From: a virus
Taxonomy: Duplodnaviria; Caudoviricetes
IMG/VR virus record: IMGVR_UViG_3300032233_001498
Location: 24,400 to 88,399 of that record
Length of the DNA stretch: 64,000 nucleotides
Reading direction: 5' to 3' (one strand)
A program made the position numbers and the translations under genes. Of this stretch, positions 17,105 through 27,933 are shown piece by piece. Numbering within the stretch: the stretch's first letter is position 1; every line of letters starts with the position of its first letter. The notes under the pieces were generated by a model. It was not told where the DNA came from. It searched no databases and worked only from the letters and a program-made list of their open reading frames with translations.

Positions 17105-17455
17105 ATGACAATGAATAGTGATGTGGTGCGTTTTATTGACGCCTGTGACCAATTGAAATTACCAGAGAATGCATCTTTGTATCGCAACCTCATGGTAGAA
17201 GAATACAATGAATTCATTGTAGCACTAAACAAAAAAGACGAAGTAGAACAACTAGATGCCTGCATGGACTTAATTTGGGTGACCCTCGGATTTTGTTACA
17301 TGAAAGGTTATGATGTAGACGGCGCATGGACAGAAGTTGCCCGAAGCAATCTTGCCAAGATTGATGCAACAACAGGCAAGGTTATCAAGCGTGCAGACGG
17401 TAAAGTTCTCAAACCTGAGGGCTGGACACCGCCTGACCTAAGACCTTACGTTTAA
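17105..17455 (+). CDS. MazG-like NTP pyrophosphohydrolase
   Basis: LMVEEYNEF...EQLDACMDLIWV...AW.EV.RSNLAK. Confidence 0.8.
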   Translation: MTMNSDVVRFIDACDQLKLPENASLYRNLMVEEYNEFIVALNKKDEVEQLDACMDLIWVTLGFCYMKGYDVDGAWTEVARSNLAKIDATTGKVIKRADGKVLKPEGWTPPDLRPYV

Positions 17456-17524
17456 GGTAAAGATGTAACATAGAGCTTGTTATCTAACATAAACTATGTT
17501 ACAATGCACAATCAATGTTAATTA

Positions 17525-17773
17525 ATGAGGTTAGATTTTAATATGAACACCAACAAACTCGCAAAACAAATCGCTATCGAAAACAATTTGCCACGGGCAT
17601 ATAAGTACGATTTGTTCCTGAGGAATTTCGACAATATGGTTGAAGTTGTGGGACTTGTGGATGACCCCACAAGTGATATGAGAAATTATGTAGGAAGGGA
17701 AATGATGTTCCCTAAAAAGTGGGTCACACTTGATGTGATGGATGCAAAAGCTAACTTTAAGATGCCAGCATAA
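17525..17773 (+). CDS. Hypothetical protein
   Basis: ORF downstream of a TTGTTA-N17-TACAAT promoter-like sequence. Confidence 0.6.
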   Translation: MRLDFNMNTNKLAKQIAIENNLPRAYKYDLFLRNFDNMVEVVGLVDDPTSDMRNYVGREMMFPKKWVTLDVMDAKANFKMPA

Positions 17774-17893
17774 TGTATCGGGTTTCATACACAAATGATA
17801 AAAATCCTGCTGTGTATATCAGAGAGTTTGAAACTTTCTCTGACGCAGCCTCATTTTCACTACAACAACATTTTATTATAGAGATTAAACATT

Positions 17894-18208
17894 ATGAATT
17901 TAAAACTAATAACTCTCAAGACGAATCATACAATTTTGGGTGATGTGACAGACCTGCCTGAAAATTCTTTCGTAAACATTACCAAACCAGTTCAGGTTAT
18001 TTCCGTACCACCAAGTCAAACTAATCCGCAAGGTGGTATTGCATTCTCACCATTCGTAGAATACTCAGAAGAATTTAAATCTGGTGGTTACAATATTCAG
18101 CGTGCTGATATTCTATTCGTGTCTACTCCGGTACGTGAACTAGAAAATCAATACAGTCAAATTTTCGGTAGTGGTATTCAAATTGCCTCATCTATTCCAA
18201 ATGTGTGA
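17894..18208 (+). CDS. Hypothetical protein (Sm/SH3-like beta protein) preceding gp43
   Basis: LKLITLKTNHTILG beta-rich pattern; position. Confidence 0.65.
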   Translation: MNLKLITLKTNHTILGDVTDLPENSFVNITKPVQVISVPPSQTNPQGGIAFSPFVEYSEEFKSGGYNIQRADILFVSTPVRELENQYSQIFGSGIQIASSIPNV

Positions 18209-18220
18209 TATAATCAATAA

Positions 18221-20749
18221 ATGAATTACTATACAAGTGTATTGACAGTTGGCAATAACATTCTGTATCGTGGAGTTAAAGAAGGTCGGCGAGTAAAACT
18301 GAAAATCGGCTACTCGCCTACACTTTTTTTGGCAGCCAAGAAACAGAGTAAGTTTTCGAATCTTCAAGGCGAGCCACTCGAACCTATGAAGTTTGAAAAC
18401 ATGAGAGAAGCCCGTGACTTCATTAAAAACTATGAAGACGTTGGCAACTTTAAAATCTATGGTCAATCTCGTTTCGAATATGCCTTTATTGCTGAACAGC
18501 ATAAGGGTATGATTGATTGGGACAAAGACCAAATTTCTATTGGTGTAATCGATATCGAGGTCGGTTCAGAGAATGGTTTCCCTGACCCATATAAAGCATA
18601 TGAACCAATCACAGCTATCTGTTTGAAGTATGTGAGTGGTGAAACATATGTGTGGGGTTGTGGTGATTATGAAAACAAAGGCAATGAAATCTATATCAAG
18701 TGCCGTGATGAACATGACCTGATGACCAAGTTCTTGCAACAATGGCAAGAACAAACACCAGATATTATTACTGGTTGGAACATTAAGTTCTTTGATATTC
18801 CATATCTGTGCAATCGTTTTGAGAAACTATCTGGTGAAGATGCCAAAGAGAAACTTTCGCCTTGGGGTATAATCTCTGAGCGTAAAGTTATGGCGATGGG
18901 TAAAGAAAACGTTGCATATGAATTACTTGGTTGTGCCACACTAGACTATATTGAATTGTACAGATGGTATGCGCCGGGTGGTAAATCACAAGAATCATAT
19001 CGCCTTGACAATATCGCCAACGTTGAAATTGGTGATGCGAAGTTGACATATGATGAATATGATAACTTGCACGACCTATACAAACGTAATTACCAACTCT
19101 TTATTGAATACAACATTAAAGACGTTGAGTTGATTTTGAAATTGGATGAGAAGTTGAAGTTGCTTGAATTGGCAATGACACTTGCATATGATACCAAAAC
19201 CAACTATGAAGATATCTTTGCACAAACCCGCATGTGGGATTCAATGACTTATTCCTATTTGTTGGAACAAGGCATCGTTGTACCGCCACGTATTGTTCAA
19301 AGTAAAAACTCCGCATTTGAAGGTGCATATGTTAAAGATGTACAAGTTGGTATGCATAATTATGTTGCCAGTTTTGACTTGAATTCTTTGTACCCTCATT
19401 TGATGATGCAGTACAATATCTCACCTGAGACATTGATACAACCCGAAGACTATACACCAGAGATGCGCCAGATTCTTTCGCAAGGTGTAACAGTCGATAA
19501 GATGATTGATAAATTGATTGACTTATCACAATTAAAGAATGCAACGATTACACCAAATGGTCAATTCTTCCGTACAGACAAGATTGGTTTCTTGCCTAAG
19601 ATGATGGAAGAAATGTATGAAGACCGTAAAAAGTTTAAGAACTTGATGATTAAGGCGAAGCAAGATTATGAAGTTGAAACTGATGATTCTAAAAAGTATG
19701 AGATTGAAAAACGTATCGCTCGATATAACAATCTACAACTAGCAAAGAAAGTCGGTTTGAACTCTGCTTATGGTGCTCTTGGTTCACAATATTTCCGTTT
19801 CTATGACTTACGTATGGCTCTCGCAGTTACACTTGCAGGCCAATTGTCTATTCGTTGGATTGAAAAGAAACTTAATGCCTATATGAATGGCTTACTAAAA
19901 ACGAATAAAGATTATGTTATCGCCTCAGACACAGATTCGATTTATCTCAAGATTGGTCCACTTGTTAACAAAGTGTATTCTGAAAAGACAGATGTTAATC
20001 AGATTATCTCCTTCATGGACCGTGTCTGTGAGGATAAGATTCAACCTTACATTGACGAAAGTTATCAGGAACTTGCTACGTATGTCCATGCGTATTCCCA
20101 AAAAATGCAAATGAAACGTGAAGCCTTGGCAGATAAAGGTATCTGGACTGCCAAGAAACGTTACATCATGCATGTATACAACAACGAAGGCGTTCAATAC
20201 ACCACACCCGATATTAAGGTGATGGGTCTTGAAATGGTCAAGTCATCTACTCCATCTATCATTCGTGGTAAGATGAAGGAATTGATTGCGTTGTGTTTAC
20301 GTGGAAGTGAAGAAGATGTGCAAAAATTTATCTCCGATTTTAGAGAAGAATTCAAAGGTCTACCACCCGAAGAAATTAGTTTCCCACGTGGTCTGAACAA
20401 CTTGAAAGAGTATTCCGATTCTACAATGCTGTATAAGAAAGGCACACCTATTCACGTTAAAGGTGCGATTATCTACAATCACTTTTTGAAACAGATGGGT
20501 CTTGAAAAGAAGTACCCTCTAATTCAGGAAGGCGAGAAGTTGAAGTTTACATATCTCAAACAACCTAATCCGTTTAAAGATATGGTAATTTCATACCCTG
20601 GTCGTTTGCCTTCTGAATTTGGTATGCATCAATACGTTGATTATGACACACAGTTTTCAAAGGCATTCCTTGAACCTGTTGATGTTATCATTAAAAGTAT
20701 TGGTTGGAATCATGAGAAGGTAAACTCGCTAGAGTCCTTCTTTGGTTGA
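18221..20749 (+). CDS. gp43: Family B DNA polymerase gp43
   Basis: Exonuclease DIEV; SFDLNSLYP, KVGLNSAYG, ASDTDSIY; uninterrupted. Confidence 0.98.
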   Translation: MNYYTSVLTVGNNILYRGVKEGRRVKLKIGYSPTLFLAAKKQSKFSNLQGEPLEPMKFENMREARDFIKNYEDVGNFKIYGQSRFEYAFIAEQHKGMIDWDKDQISIGVIDIEVGSENGFPDPYKAYEPITAICLKYVSGETYVWGCGDYENKGNEIYIKCRDEHDLMTKFLQQWQEQTPDIITGWNIKFFDIPYLCNRFEKLSGEDAKEKLSPWGIISERKVMAMGKENVAYELLGCATLDYIELYRWYAPGGKSQESYRLDNIANVEIGDAKLTYDEYDNLHDLYKRNYQLFIEYNIKDVELILKLDEKLKLLELAMTLAYDTKTNYEDIFAQTRMWDSMTYSYLLEQGIVVPPRIVQSKNSAFEGAYVKDVQVGMHNYVASFDLNSLYPHLMMQYNISPETLIQPEDYTPEMRQILSQGVTVDKMIDKLIDLSQLKNATITPNGQFFRTDKIGFLPKMMEEMYEDRKKFKNLMIKAKQDYEVETDDSKKYEIEKRIARYNNLQLAKKVGLNSAYGALGSQYFRFYDLRMALAVTLAGQLSIRWIEKKLNAYMNGLLKTNKDYVIASDTDSIYLKIGPLVNKVYSEKTDVNQIISFMDRVCEDKIQPYIDESYQELATYVHAYSQKMQMKREALADKGIWTAKKRYIMHVYNNEGVQYTTPDIKVMGLEMVKSSTPSIIRGKMKELIALCLRGSEEDVQKFISDFREEFKGLPPEEISFPRGLNNLKEYSDSTMLYKKGTPIHVKGAIIYNHFLKQMGLEKKYPLIQEGEKLKFTYLKQPNPFKDMVISYPGRLPSEFGMHQYVDYDTQFSKAFLEPVDVIIKSIGWNHEKVNSLESFFG

Positions 20750-20813
20750 ACTAAATATAATAGTGGGGTAGTTCCCCACTTTAAAACAATCAACACAACA
20801 TAAAGGAAATAAA

Positions 20814-21866
20814 ATGAGTTTACTCGAAAAAATGAAAAAAGTTGGTTCTATTAAATCTGTAGAACTATTAAGTGAATCAACCTTCTTCAACAAGAAGGAA
20901 GCAGTACAAACCGAAGTGCCAATTATTAACATGGCATTATCCGGTGAAGTGGATGGTGGTTTAGTATCAGGTCTTACCTTTCTAGCCGGCCCATCAAAAC
21001 ATTTCAAATCTCTCCTCGGTTTAGTTATGGTAAAGTCCTACATGGACAAGTATAAAGATGCCATCTGTTTATTCTATGATTCAGAATTCGGTATCACACC
21101 AGACTATATTAAAACCAACGGCATCGACACAGAACGTGTACTACACATTCCAATTGAACACTTAGAACAGTTGAAGTTTGATATCTCTAAACGATTAGAG
21201 GCAATCGAACGTGGTGACAAAGTGATTATCTTTATTGATTCAGTTGGCAACTTGGCTTCAAAGAAAGAAGTTGAAGATGCACTTGATGAAAAATCAGTTG
21301 CAGATATGTCACGTGCTCGTGTTATGAAGTCTCTATGGCGTATCGTTACACCACACTTGACCACAAAAGATATTCCATGTATCGCAGTCAATCATACTTA
21401 CCAAACTATGGAAATGTTTAGTAAATCTGTTATGTCTGGTGGCACAGGCGGTATGTACTCCGCTAATCAAGTGTTTATCATTGGCAAAGCACAAGAAAAA
21501 GATGGCACAGACCTAGTTGGTTGGAACTTCACCATCAACATTGAGAAGTCACGTTTTGTCCGTGAGAAATCCAAGTTCCCATTTCTTGTTACATTCGAAG
21601 GCGGTATTCAGAAATATTCTGGTCTAATGGACATTGCACTTGAAGGTGGCTTTGTAACTAAACCATCAAATGGTTGGTTTTCAAAAGTTGACCGTGCAAC
21701 AGGTGAAATCGGTGAGAAGAAACGCATGGCTGACACCTTGTGTGCTGAATTTTGGGATTCAATCCTTAAAGACCAAGAGTTCAAAGATTACGTTAAATCT
21801 AAATTCACTATTGCTTATGGTAGTTTAATGGGAGAACAAAATGTTCAATCTGAACAAATTGCCTAA
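20814..21866 (+). CDS. uvsX: RecA-like recombinase UvsX
   Basis: AGPSKHFKS, FYDSEFG, IDSVGNLASKKE, NHTY. Confidence 0.96.
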   Translation: MSLLEKMKKVGSIKSVELLSESTFFNKKEAVQTEVPIINMALSGEVDGGLVSGLTFLAGPSKHFKSLLGLVMVKSYMDKYKDAICLFYDSEFGITPDYIKTNGIDTERVLHIPIEHLEQLKFDISKRLEAIERGDKVIIFIDSVGNLASKKEVEDALDEKSVADMSRARVMKSLWRIVTPHLTTKDIPCIAVNHTYQTMEMFSKSVMSGGTGGMYSANQVFIIGKAQEKDGTDLVGWNFTINIEKSRFVREKSKFPFLVTFEGGIQKYSGLMDIALEGGFVTKPSNGWFSKVDRATGEIGEKKRMADTLCAEFWDSILKDQEFKDYVKSKFTIAYGSLMGEQNVQSEQIA

Positions 21867-22194
21867 AGAAGGCACACATTATGAGTTTATTGAAACACCG
21901 GAAGTAACTAGTGTAAAACTCATCAAAGGTAAATATAAAGACATTGTTTATAATTACGGCACGGTAAAGGTTGTACCTGATGAATCTAAGCCTACTGTCC
22001 AATTTGATTACACAGTCACCAACTTTGGTAAACATGAGCCTGACCTATTGACGGCAGACAAAAAATTCACTAAAATGATGGGTGACATATTAATTAATAT
22101 TTTTGAAACCGAAATGAACGGTTTTGATTGGACAAAAAAGGAAGAAGATGAATCGTCTGGAATTATCGATACTGAAGAACCTGATTTACAATGA
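21841..22194 (+). CDS. Probable gp40-like head vertex assembly chaperone
   Basis: Synteny between uvsX and gp41; YKDIVYNYGTVK...FDY...MGDIL pattern. Confidence 0.5.
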   Translation: MFNLNKLPKEGTHYEFIETPEVTSVKLIKGKYKDIVYNYGTVKVVPDESKPTVQFDYTVTNFGKHEPDLLTADKKFTKMMGDILINIFETEMNGFDWTKKEEDESSGIIDTEEPDLQ

Positions 22195-23557
22195 TGATTA
22201 TGCTCGAAAGGTTTTGCCTTTTCTTTCAGCCGATTATTTCAATGATGTAGTTGAGAAAAACATCTTCAAAGAGGTGAATGACTTTATCAACAAGTATAAA
22301 GTTCTTCCCACCCATGAAGCATTGGTAATTAATTTTACTGAGAGTAAGAATCATACAGAAGACCAGGTTAAGTCCGCAATCAATACTCTTAAAGAGATTG
22401 ATGATGCTAAGAATCAACCTACTGAAACACAATGGTTGACTGAACAAACTGAAAAGTTCTGCCAAGATAAGGCACTCTATAATGCAATTATGGAATCTGT
22501 CTCCATCTTGGATGAGTCCAATAAAACACTCAAGAGCAAAGGTGAGATTCCAAAACTTCTTGCTGATGCACTTGGTGTGTCTTTTGACCAAAACATCGGT
22601 CACGATTACATGAACGATTCAGAATCTCGTTTTGAATTTTATCACAAAAAAGAATCTCGTATTCCTTTTGACCTAGAATTCTTTAACAAGATTACAAAAG
22701 GTGGATTACCTAAGAAAACATTGAACATTGCACTTGCTGGCACCGGTGTTGGCAAGTCCTTGTTTATGTGTCATTGTTCTGCCGCTGCGATTAGTCAAGG
22801 TCTGAATGTACTCTATATCTCCCTTGAAATGGCAGAAGAACGTATTGCTGAACGTATCGATGCTAATTTACTGAACGTGACGATGGATGATTTACATTCT
22901 ATCCCACGTGCAGACTATGACCGTAAATTCGGTGCATTGAAGAACAAGGCACAAGGTAAGTTAATCATTAAAGAATATCCAACCGCAAGTGCTGGGTCTA
23001 TGCACTTTCGTTCTCTAATGAATGAATTGCATTTGAAGAAGAACTTTAAACCTGATATCGTATTCGTTGATTACCTAAACATCTGTTGTTCGTCACGTAT
23101 CAAACAAGGTGGTTCTGTAAACTCATACACATACATCAAAGCAATTGCAGAAGAACTACGTGGTCTTGCTGTTGAGTTTGATGTACCAATCGTATCTGCA
23201 ACACAAACAACTCGTTCTGGTTTCTCCAACTCTGACGTTGGTTTGGAAGATACTTCTGAATCATTTGGTCTACCTGCAACTGCCGACTTTATGTTTGCAT
23301 TGATTAGTACTGAAGAACTAGAACAACTTGGTCAGATTATGGTCAAGCAATTGAAGAATCGTTATAACGACCCCAACTTCAACAAGAAGTTTGTTATTGG
23401 TGTTGACCGTTCTAAGATGAGATTGTATGATGCAGAGAATTCGGCACAAACAGATTTATCCGATAGTGGTCAGGCAATACCTGATAAACCACTAAACACA
23501 TTTGGAAACCGTGAGAATAAATTTCAAAAGAAAAGTTTTGGTGGATTAAAAGTATGA
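22148..23557 (+). CDS. gp41: Replicative helicase gp41
   Basis: LAGTGVGKSL, SLEMAEE, VDYLNI, SATQTTR, ESFGLPATAD, QLKNRY. Confidence 0.97.
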   Translation: MNRLELSILKNLIYNDDYARKVLPFLSADYFNDVVEKNIFKEVNDFINKYKVLPTHEALVINFTESKNHTEDQVKSAINTLKEIDDAKNQPTETQWLTEQTEKFCQDKALYNAIMESVSILDESNKTLKSKGEIPKLLADALGVSFDQNIGHDYMNDSESRFEFYHKKESRIPFDLEFFNKITKGGLPKKTLNIALAGTGVGKSLFMCHCSAAAISQGLNVLYISLEMAEERIAERIDANLLNVTMDDLHSIPRADYDRKFGALKNKAQGKLIIKEYPTASAGSMHFRSLMNELHLKKNFKPDIVFVDYLNICCSSRIKQGGSVNSYTYIKAIAEELRGLAVEFDVPIVSATQTTRSGFSNSDVGLEDTSESFGLPATADFMFALISTEELEQLGQIMVKQLKNRYNDPNFNKKFVIGVDRSKMRLYDAENSAQTDLSDSGQAIPDKPLNTFGNRENKFQKKSFGGLKV

Positions 23558-24159
23558 AACACATAACTCTTTACAAAAAACTCCATGCATTTGCACCAAA
23601 ATTATACGGTGAGAAAACTACGGGTCAATTGATGTATTGGGTTAGAAAGATGTTAACACCGCACAAGGTCAAAGTAAATCGAATCATTGATAAGAAAAAC
23701 TTGGCATTGAGTGGTTATACGATAGGTGGTTTCTACGATTCAACAGGTGAGTTTGGTGATAAAGACATTGAAATGTATCTTGTTTTCAATGAAGAAGATA
23801 AGAACAAAACATTTCTGTTTGAAGAGTGGAGTGTTAAGATGTTGATTGATGAATTGTTTATCACACTTGCACATGAGAAACGACACCGTTATCAATTCAA
23901 ACAAAGAGGCAATGCTTTTGGTCCACAATATCGAAGCAAAGTTACCGATGAAGATTTGAAGGCAGAGTTGGAATATTACGGTGACCCCGATGAGTTGGAT
24001 GCCTATGCACAAGAAGCAATCATCGAGGAGAGATTAGGTAGAGATACGCTAATGGGTGCTCAGGCAAAGTACAGACAAATGTTTGCCAATTATGACCCAA
24101 AAGTGTATAATAAATTCTTGAAGAAAAAATATAAATTTGACCAAAAAGTTTCATTATGA
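23554..24159 (+). CDS. HExxH zinc metallopeptidase-like protein
   Basis: LAHEKRHRYQ followed by Y...DELDAYA. Confidence 0.55.
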   Translation: MKHITLYKKLHAFAPKLYGEKTTGQLMYWVRKMLTPHKVKVNRIIDKKNLALSGYTIGGFYDSTGEFGDKDIEMYLVFNEEDKNKTFLFEEWSVKMLIDELFITLAHEKRHRYQFKQRGNAFGPQYRSKVTDEDLKAELEYYGDPDELDAYAQEAIIEERLGRDTLMGAQAKYRQMFANYDPKVYNKFLKKKYKFDQKVSL

Positions 24160-25271
24160 ATTTAACTAAAGAGCAGGCAATCCATGGTGCCAATGTATTC
24201 TCAGACTACTTTGATAGGTTTGGTCGTATCGATGAGTACATGCGTGAACAGAAACTAACTGCGATGGCCGAAAGGCCATTCGTTCTTCCTGGCATGGGAC
24301 CTGAAGAAGATTTGTTCTCTGATTTTTCTATGTCACCTGCTGACATGGATTTTGAGATTGTGGAGTTGCCGCAAGAACGTTGGGACACTTATCTCAATAT
24401 GATTTCAAGTCACTCAAACATGACCAGTATTCCTGGTCGTTGCTTGCGCCTTGCTGTATTTGAAAAGAAAACACAGAAGTGGTGTGGTTTCATTCGCCTT
24501 GGTTCACCAGTTATCAATTGTAAACCACGTAACGAAATGTTAGGTGAAGTCTTTACTCAACGTGACGGCGGCGCCCAACAGTTCAACAAGTGTGCAATCA
24601 TGGGTTTCGTAATTGTACCTGCACAACCATTCGGTTTCAATTATCTTGGTGGTAAGTTACTTGCTGCTATCTGCACATCACATGAAGTACGTAAGATGAT
24701 GAACGCCAAATATAACATGACCACATGTCTGTTTGAGACCACATCACTCTATGGTTCATCTAAGACTGTATCACAATATGATGGTATGAAACCTCTGATT
24801 CGTTTCAAAGGCTTGACTGATAGTGACTTCTTGCCTATGTTGCACGGCAAAACATATACAGACTTAAAAGACTACATTGAGAACATTACAGGCGAACCAC
24901 TTGCACCACTAGATGCTTCTAGTCGTAAGTTGAAAATATCAAATGCAATGGTTGGCATGATTAAAGTTGCACTCAAAGGCAAACCAGAAGGTGAGAAGTT
25001 TGCAAAAACTATTGAGAATGCAAAGAATCTAAACGAACAAAAACGTTATTTTGTTTCTGATTATGGTTTTAAGAACATGGTTGACGTAGTGAATGGTAAG
25101 GCAGATAAGTTGATTCCAGGTGAAAACTATGAGAAACACAATCTAGCCAATATTGTGGAGTGGTGGAGAAAGAAGGCCATCAACCGATTTGATACTTTGA
25201 ATATAGAAGGTCGCATTCGTACTGAACAAGAGGTCTGGACAGGCGATAAACATATTGACATTATTAGGTGA
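24156..25271 (+). CDS. DUF4338/DruA-like protein, paralog 2
   Basis: IVPAQPFGFNYLGGKLLAAI...ETTSLYG...SQYD, aligns with 2879..4216. Confidence 0.65.
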   Translation: MNLTKEQAIHGANVFSDYFDRFGRIDEYMREQKLTAMAERPFVLPGMGPEEDLFSDFSMSPADMDFEIVELPQERWDTYLNMISSHSNMTSIPGRCLRLAVFEKKTQKWCGFIRLGSPVINCKPRNEMLGEVFTQRDGGAQQFNKCAIMGFVIVPAQPFGFNYLGGKLLAAICTSHEVRKMMNAKYNMTTCLFETTSLYGSSKTVSQYDGMKPLIRFKGLTDSDFLPMLHGKTYTDLKDYIENITGEPLAPLDASSRKLKISNAMVGMIKVALKGKPEGEKFAKTIENAKNLNEQKRYFVSDYGFKNMVDVVNGKADKLIPGENYEKHNLANIVEWWRKKAINRFDTLNIEGRIRTEQEVWTGDKHIDIIR

Positions 25272-25288
25272 TTGTGATAGGATAAATA
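25255..25288 (+). promoter_or_regulatory. Overlapping sigma70-type and late-type promoters
   Basis: TTGACA-N17-TAGGAT running into ATAAATA (25282-25288). Confidence 0.55.
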
Positions 25289-25316
25289 CCTAGAAAATTT
25301 CAACTCTAGGTATAAA

Positions 25317-26417
25317 ATGAAAATTCCATCGAAAGTTAATGTAGATACAGAAGGTAAAGTCTCAGGTGCTGGCTCAGAAGTTACTGCTTTGGCGGAAAGT
25401 TTACAGGCATATGCTTGTGCCACAAGGCAACACCTTGGTAAAGACTTGAATGATGTTTCTCAGATTACCAAATCTACAGTTGCTGATGCTGATTGTGATA
25501 GAACACTTGATGCTTGTATGAAAGGTCTTGATGAGAATTGGTTCAGAAGTGTCGTGTTAACCGCTAACTTAATCTTTGAAGAAGTACCTGGTGCAAAGAC
25601 AGGTAAGAATTTTAAATTTTATCGTGGTGGAAATTTAGTCAATTCAATCTATGATAATTGGCGCAAATTTAAAAAAGGTAGTGGTATCACAGGTGATGAC
25701 AAATGGAATCCTGCTGATATTTGGATGATTAAAAAAGGTTTCAAATTAAAAACCGAGTTTGATACTTTGACAGAGTACAATCGTTATGTTTATGATGAGT
25801 TTGCTTACACCAATATGATTGGTATTTCATTGAAGAAGATTGGTCCTAAGGACAGTCCACATTCTAAGTTTTTCAACAATGGCAAACCTCTTGTTGCACA
25901 ATTTACTGGTGTGAAACTTGGCATGAACATGACCGATTCGAAAGACATTTACATCAAGTATAAGTCTGAAGGTAAAGATGGTGAAGTTCAGTTACGTAAT
26001 TTCTCAAGTCGTCCTGTACCATCATCATGGCAAGGCGAGATTAAAGGTAAGGCTGCAGCAGGTGGTAAAATTGGTGGTGGTGTTATTTTTGAAGGTGCAA
26101 TTGAAACTGGTGTCAGTAAAACTAAGTTGACTTTACCTAATCAAACACCAATTGATAAACCATCAGATGCTGACTTTAAAAAGTTTGCAACAATGTTTAA
26201 AGAGTTATCAGGTTCAAAAGATAAATTAGAAACTTTGATTACTCAAGCAAAAGCAGGACACAGACAAGATAAGACTTGGTGGATGTCAAAGTATATTGGT
26301 ATTGATTTAGTCTATACCGTTATCAAAGAAAAGAAGATGGATGCGTTGTGTAAATACATCTATGAGTATGCATCTTCAGCAACCAAAAACAGTAGTATAT
26401 TCATAAAGTATAGTTAA
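25317..26417 (+). CDS. Putative PD-(D/E)xK-fold nuclease-like protein
   Basis: WNPADIW...IGISLKK spacing. Confidence 0.4.
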   Translation: MKIPSKVNVDTEGKVSGAGSEVTALAESLQAYACATRQHLGKDLNDVSQITKSTVADADCDRTLDACMKGLDENWFRSVVLTANLIFEEVPGAKTGKNFKFYRGGNLVNSIYDNWRKFKKGSGITGDDKWNPADIWMIKKGFKLKTEFDTLTEYNRYVYDEFAYTNMIGISLKKIGPKDSPHSKFFNNGKPLVAQFTGVKLGMNMTDSKDIYIKYKSEGKDGEVQLRNFSSRPVPSSWQGEIKGKAAAGGKIGGGVIFEGAIETGVSKTKLTLPNQTPIDKPSDADFKKFATMFKELSGSKDKLETLITQAKAGHRQDKTWWMSKYIGIDLVYTVIKEKKMDALCKYIYEYASSATKNSSIFIKYS

Positions 26418-26418
26418 T

Positions 26419-27651
26419 ATGGACTTCAAACAATATTTAATCGAAGCGAAAAAAGAAGGTGCTAACCTTCACCTAGAACACCTTGAAGATGAAATTTTGA
26501 ATCGTGGCGTTCGAGGTGGCCGTGATGCAATCAATTTCTTACAGGCATTGAGAGATATGCTTGCGGGTCATTCACAAGTAAAAGTAAACACTACAACAAA
26601 ATGGGATGGTTCTCCTGCAATCTTTTGCGGTATCAATCCAGACAATGGCAAATTCTTTGTTGGTACAAAAGGTGTATTCAATGCAAATGCAAAGTTGAAT
26701 TACACCGATGCTGATATCGATACAAATCATCCAGGTGAAGGTCTAAATGCAAAACTTAAAGTTGCATTACGATATCTTCCAAAACTTGGTATCAAAGGTG
26801 TTCTGCAAGGTGATATGATGTTTGCAAAAGGTGATATCACAGAGAAGACATTTGATGGAGAAGACTATATCACATTTCAACCAAATACATTAATCTATGC
26901 TGTGCCTTCTGGTTCTAAGTTGGCCAAAACAATGCAGGCTGCACAACTAGGTGTGGTGTTTCATACTTCATACACAGGCAAAACATTTGCTGATATGAAG
27001 GCATCATTCAATATTGACATTAAGAATTTAACATCAACTAAAGATGTTTGGTTTCGTGATGCATATTTTACCGATGCATCTGGTACGGCATCATTCACCG
27101 AAGAAGAAACAAAACAAATGACTTACATTCTTTCTACTATTGGTGCAACATTCAAGCAAACAAATGCATTGTCTATTAATAGAATATCTTCAAGTGATAC
27201 AGTTAGAGAATACATTAAGACATTCAACAACACCAAAGTTAGAGAAGGTCAAAAGATTACAAACACCGCAGCACATACAAAAGAATTATTAAGATGGGTT
27301 GAAGATAGATTGAATAAAGATATTGTCTCTGCAAAGATGGAGAAGACAAAGAGAGATAAGGCGATGATTAAGAATGAAATCATGCGTACTCTCCGTGGTG
27401 CTGCAAATGATTTGATTAAAATGTTTGACATACAGAATGGCATGGTAGATGCCAAAAATATGGTCATCAAAAAGTTGCAACAGATGAAACAAGTTACAAG
27501 TACATTCGTACAAACTGAAGATGGTTTCAAAGTGACAAATCCCGAAGGTTTTGTTGCAGTTGATAAGATATCAGGTAATGCAGTTAAATTGGTTGATAGA
27601 TTGGAATTTAGTCATTTGAATTTCACCGCACAGAAAAACTGGAGTAAGTAA
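26419..27651 (+). CDS. Ligase/nucleotidyltransferase-superfamily protein (DUF6267-like) with capsid-targeting-like N-terminus
   Basis: KWDG motif I, QGD, EGFV motif IV, VKLVDR motif V; starts MDFKQYLIEA. Confidence 0.6.
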   Translation: MDFKQYLIEAKKEGANLHLEHLEDEILNRGVRGGRDAINFLQALRDMLAGHSQVKVNTTTKWDGSPAIFCGINPDNGKFFVGTKGVFNANAKLNYTDADIDTNHPGEGLNAKLKVALRYLPKLGIKGVLQGDMMFAKGDITEKTFDGEDYITFQPNTLIYAVPSGSKLAKTMQAAQLGVVFHTSYTGKTFADMKASFNIDIKNLTSTKDVWFRDAYFTDASGTASFTEEETKQMTYILSTIGATFKQTNALSINRISSSDTVREYIKTFNNTKVREGQKITNTAAHTKELLRWVEDRLNKDIVSAKMEKTKRDKAMIKNEIMRTLRGAANDLIKMFDIQNGMVDAKNMVIKKLQQMKQVTSTFVQTEDGFKVTNPEGFVAVDKISGNAVKLVDRLEFSHLNFTAQKNWSK

Positions 27652-27932
27652 TGGCTGATAAAAAGTTTGATTTGAATGAAATCTTTGCTGAGTATGGTGA
27701 AGATGATTTTGGTTTTACTGCGACTGATGAGGCAGAATATAATTCAGTTATTGCACAGAAAGAAGAAACAGTCGAAGAATACAAAGACCGTTTAGTACAA
27801 GTAGAGAAACTAATTCTACCATTCTTAATGCAATTGTTAAAGACCGCTGACCAACCAATCATCAAATGGCCAAATCGCAAACCAATTATTGAATCACAGA
27901 TTCAAAAGATTCTGAATCTAACAAGAGGTTAA
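27651..27932 (+). CDS. Hypothetical protein
   Basis: TAATG coupling; acidic N-terminus. Confidence 0.7.
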   Translation: MADKKFDLNEIFAEYGEDDFGFTATDEAEYNSVIAQKEETVEEYKDRLVQVEKLILPFLMQLLKTADQPIIKWPNRKPIIESQIQKILNLTRG

Positions 27933-27933
27933 T

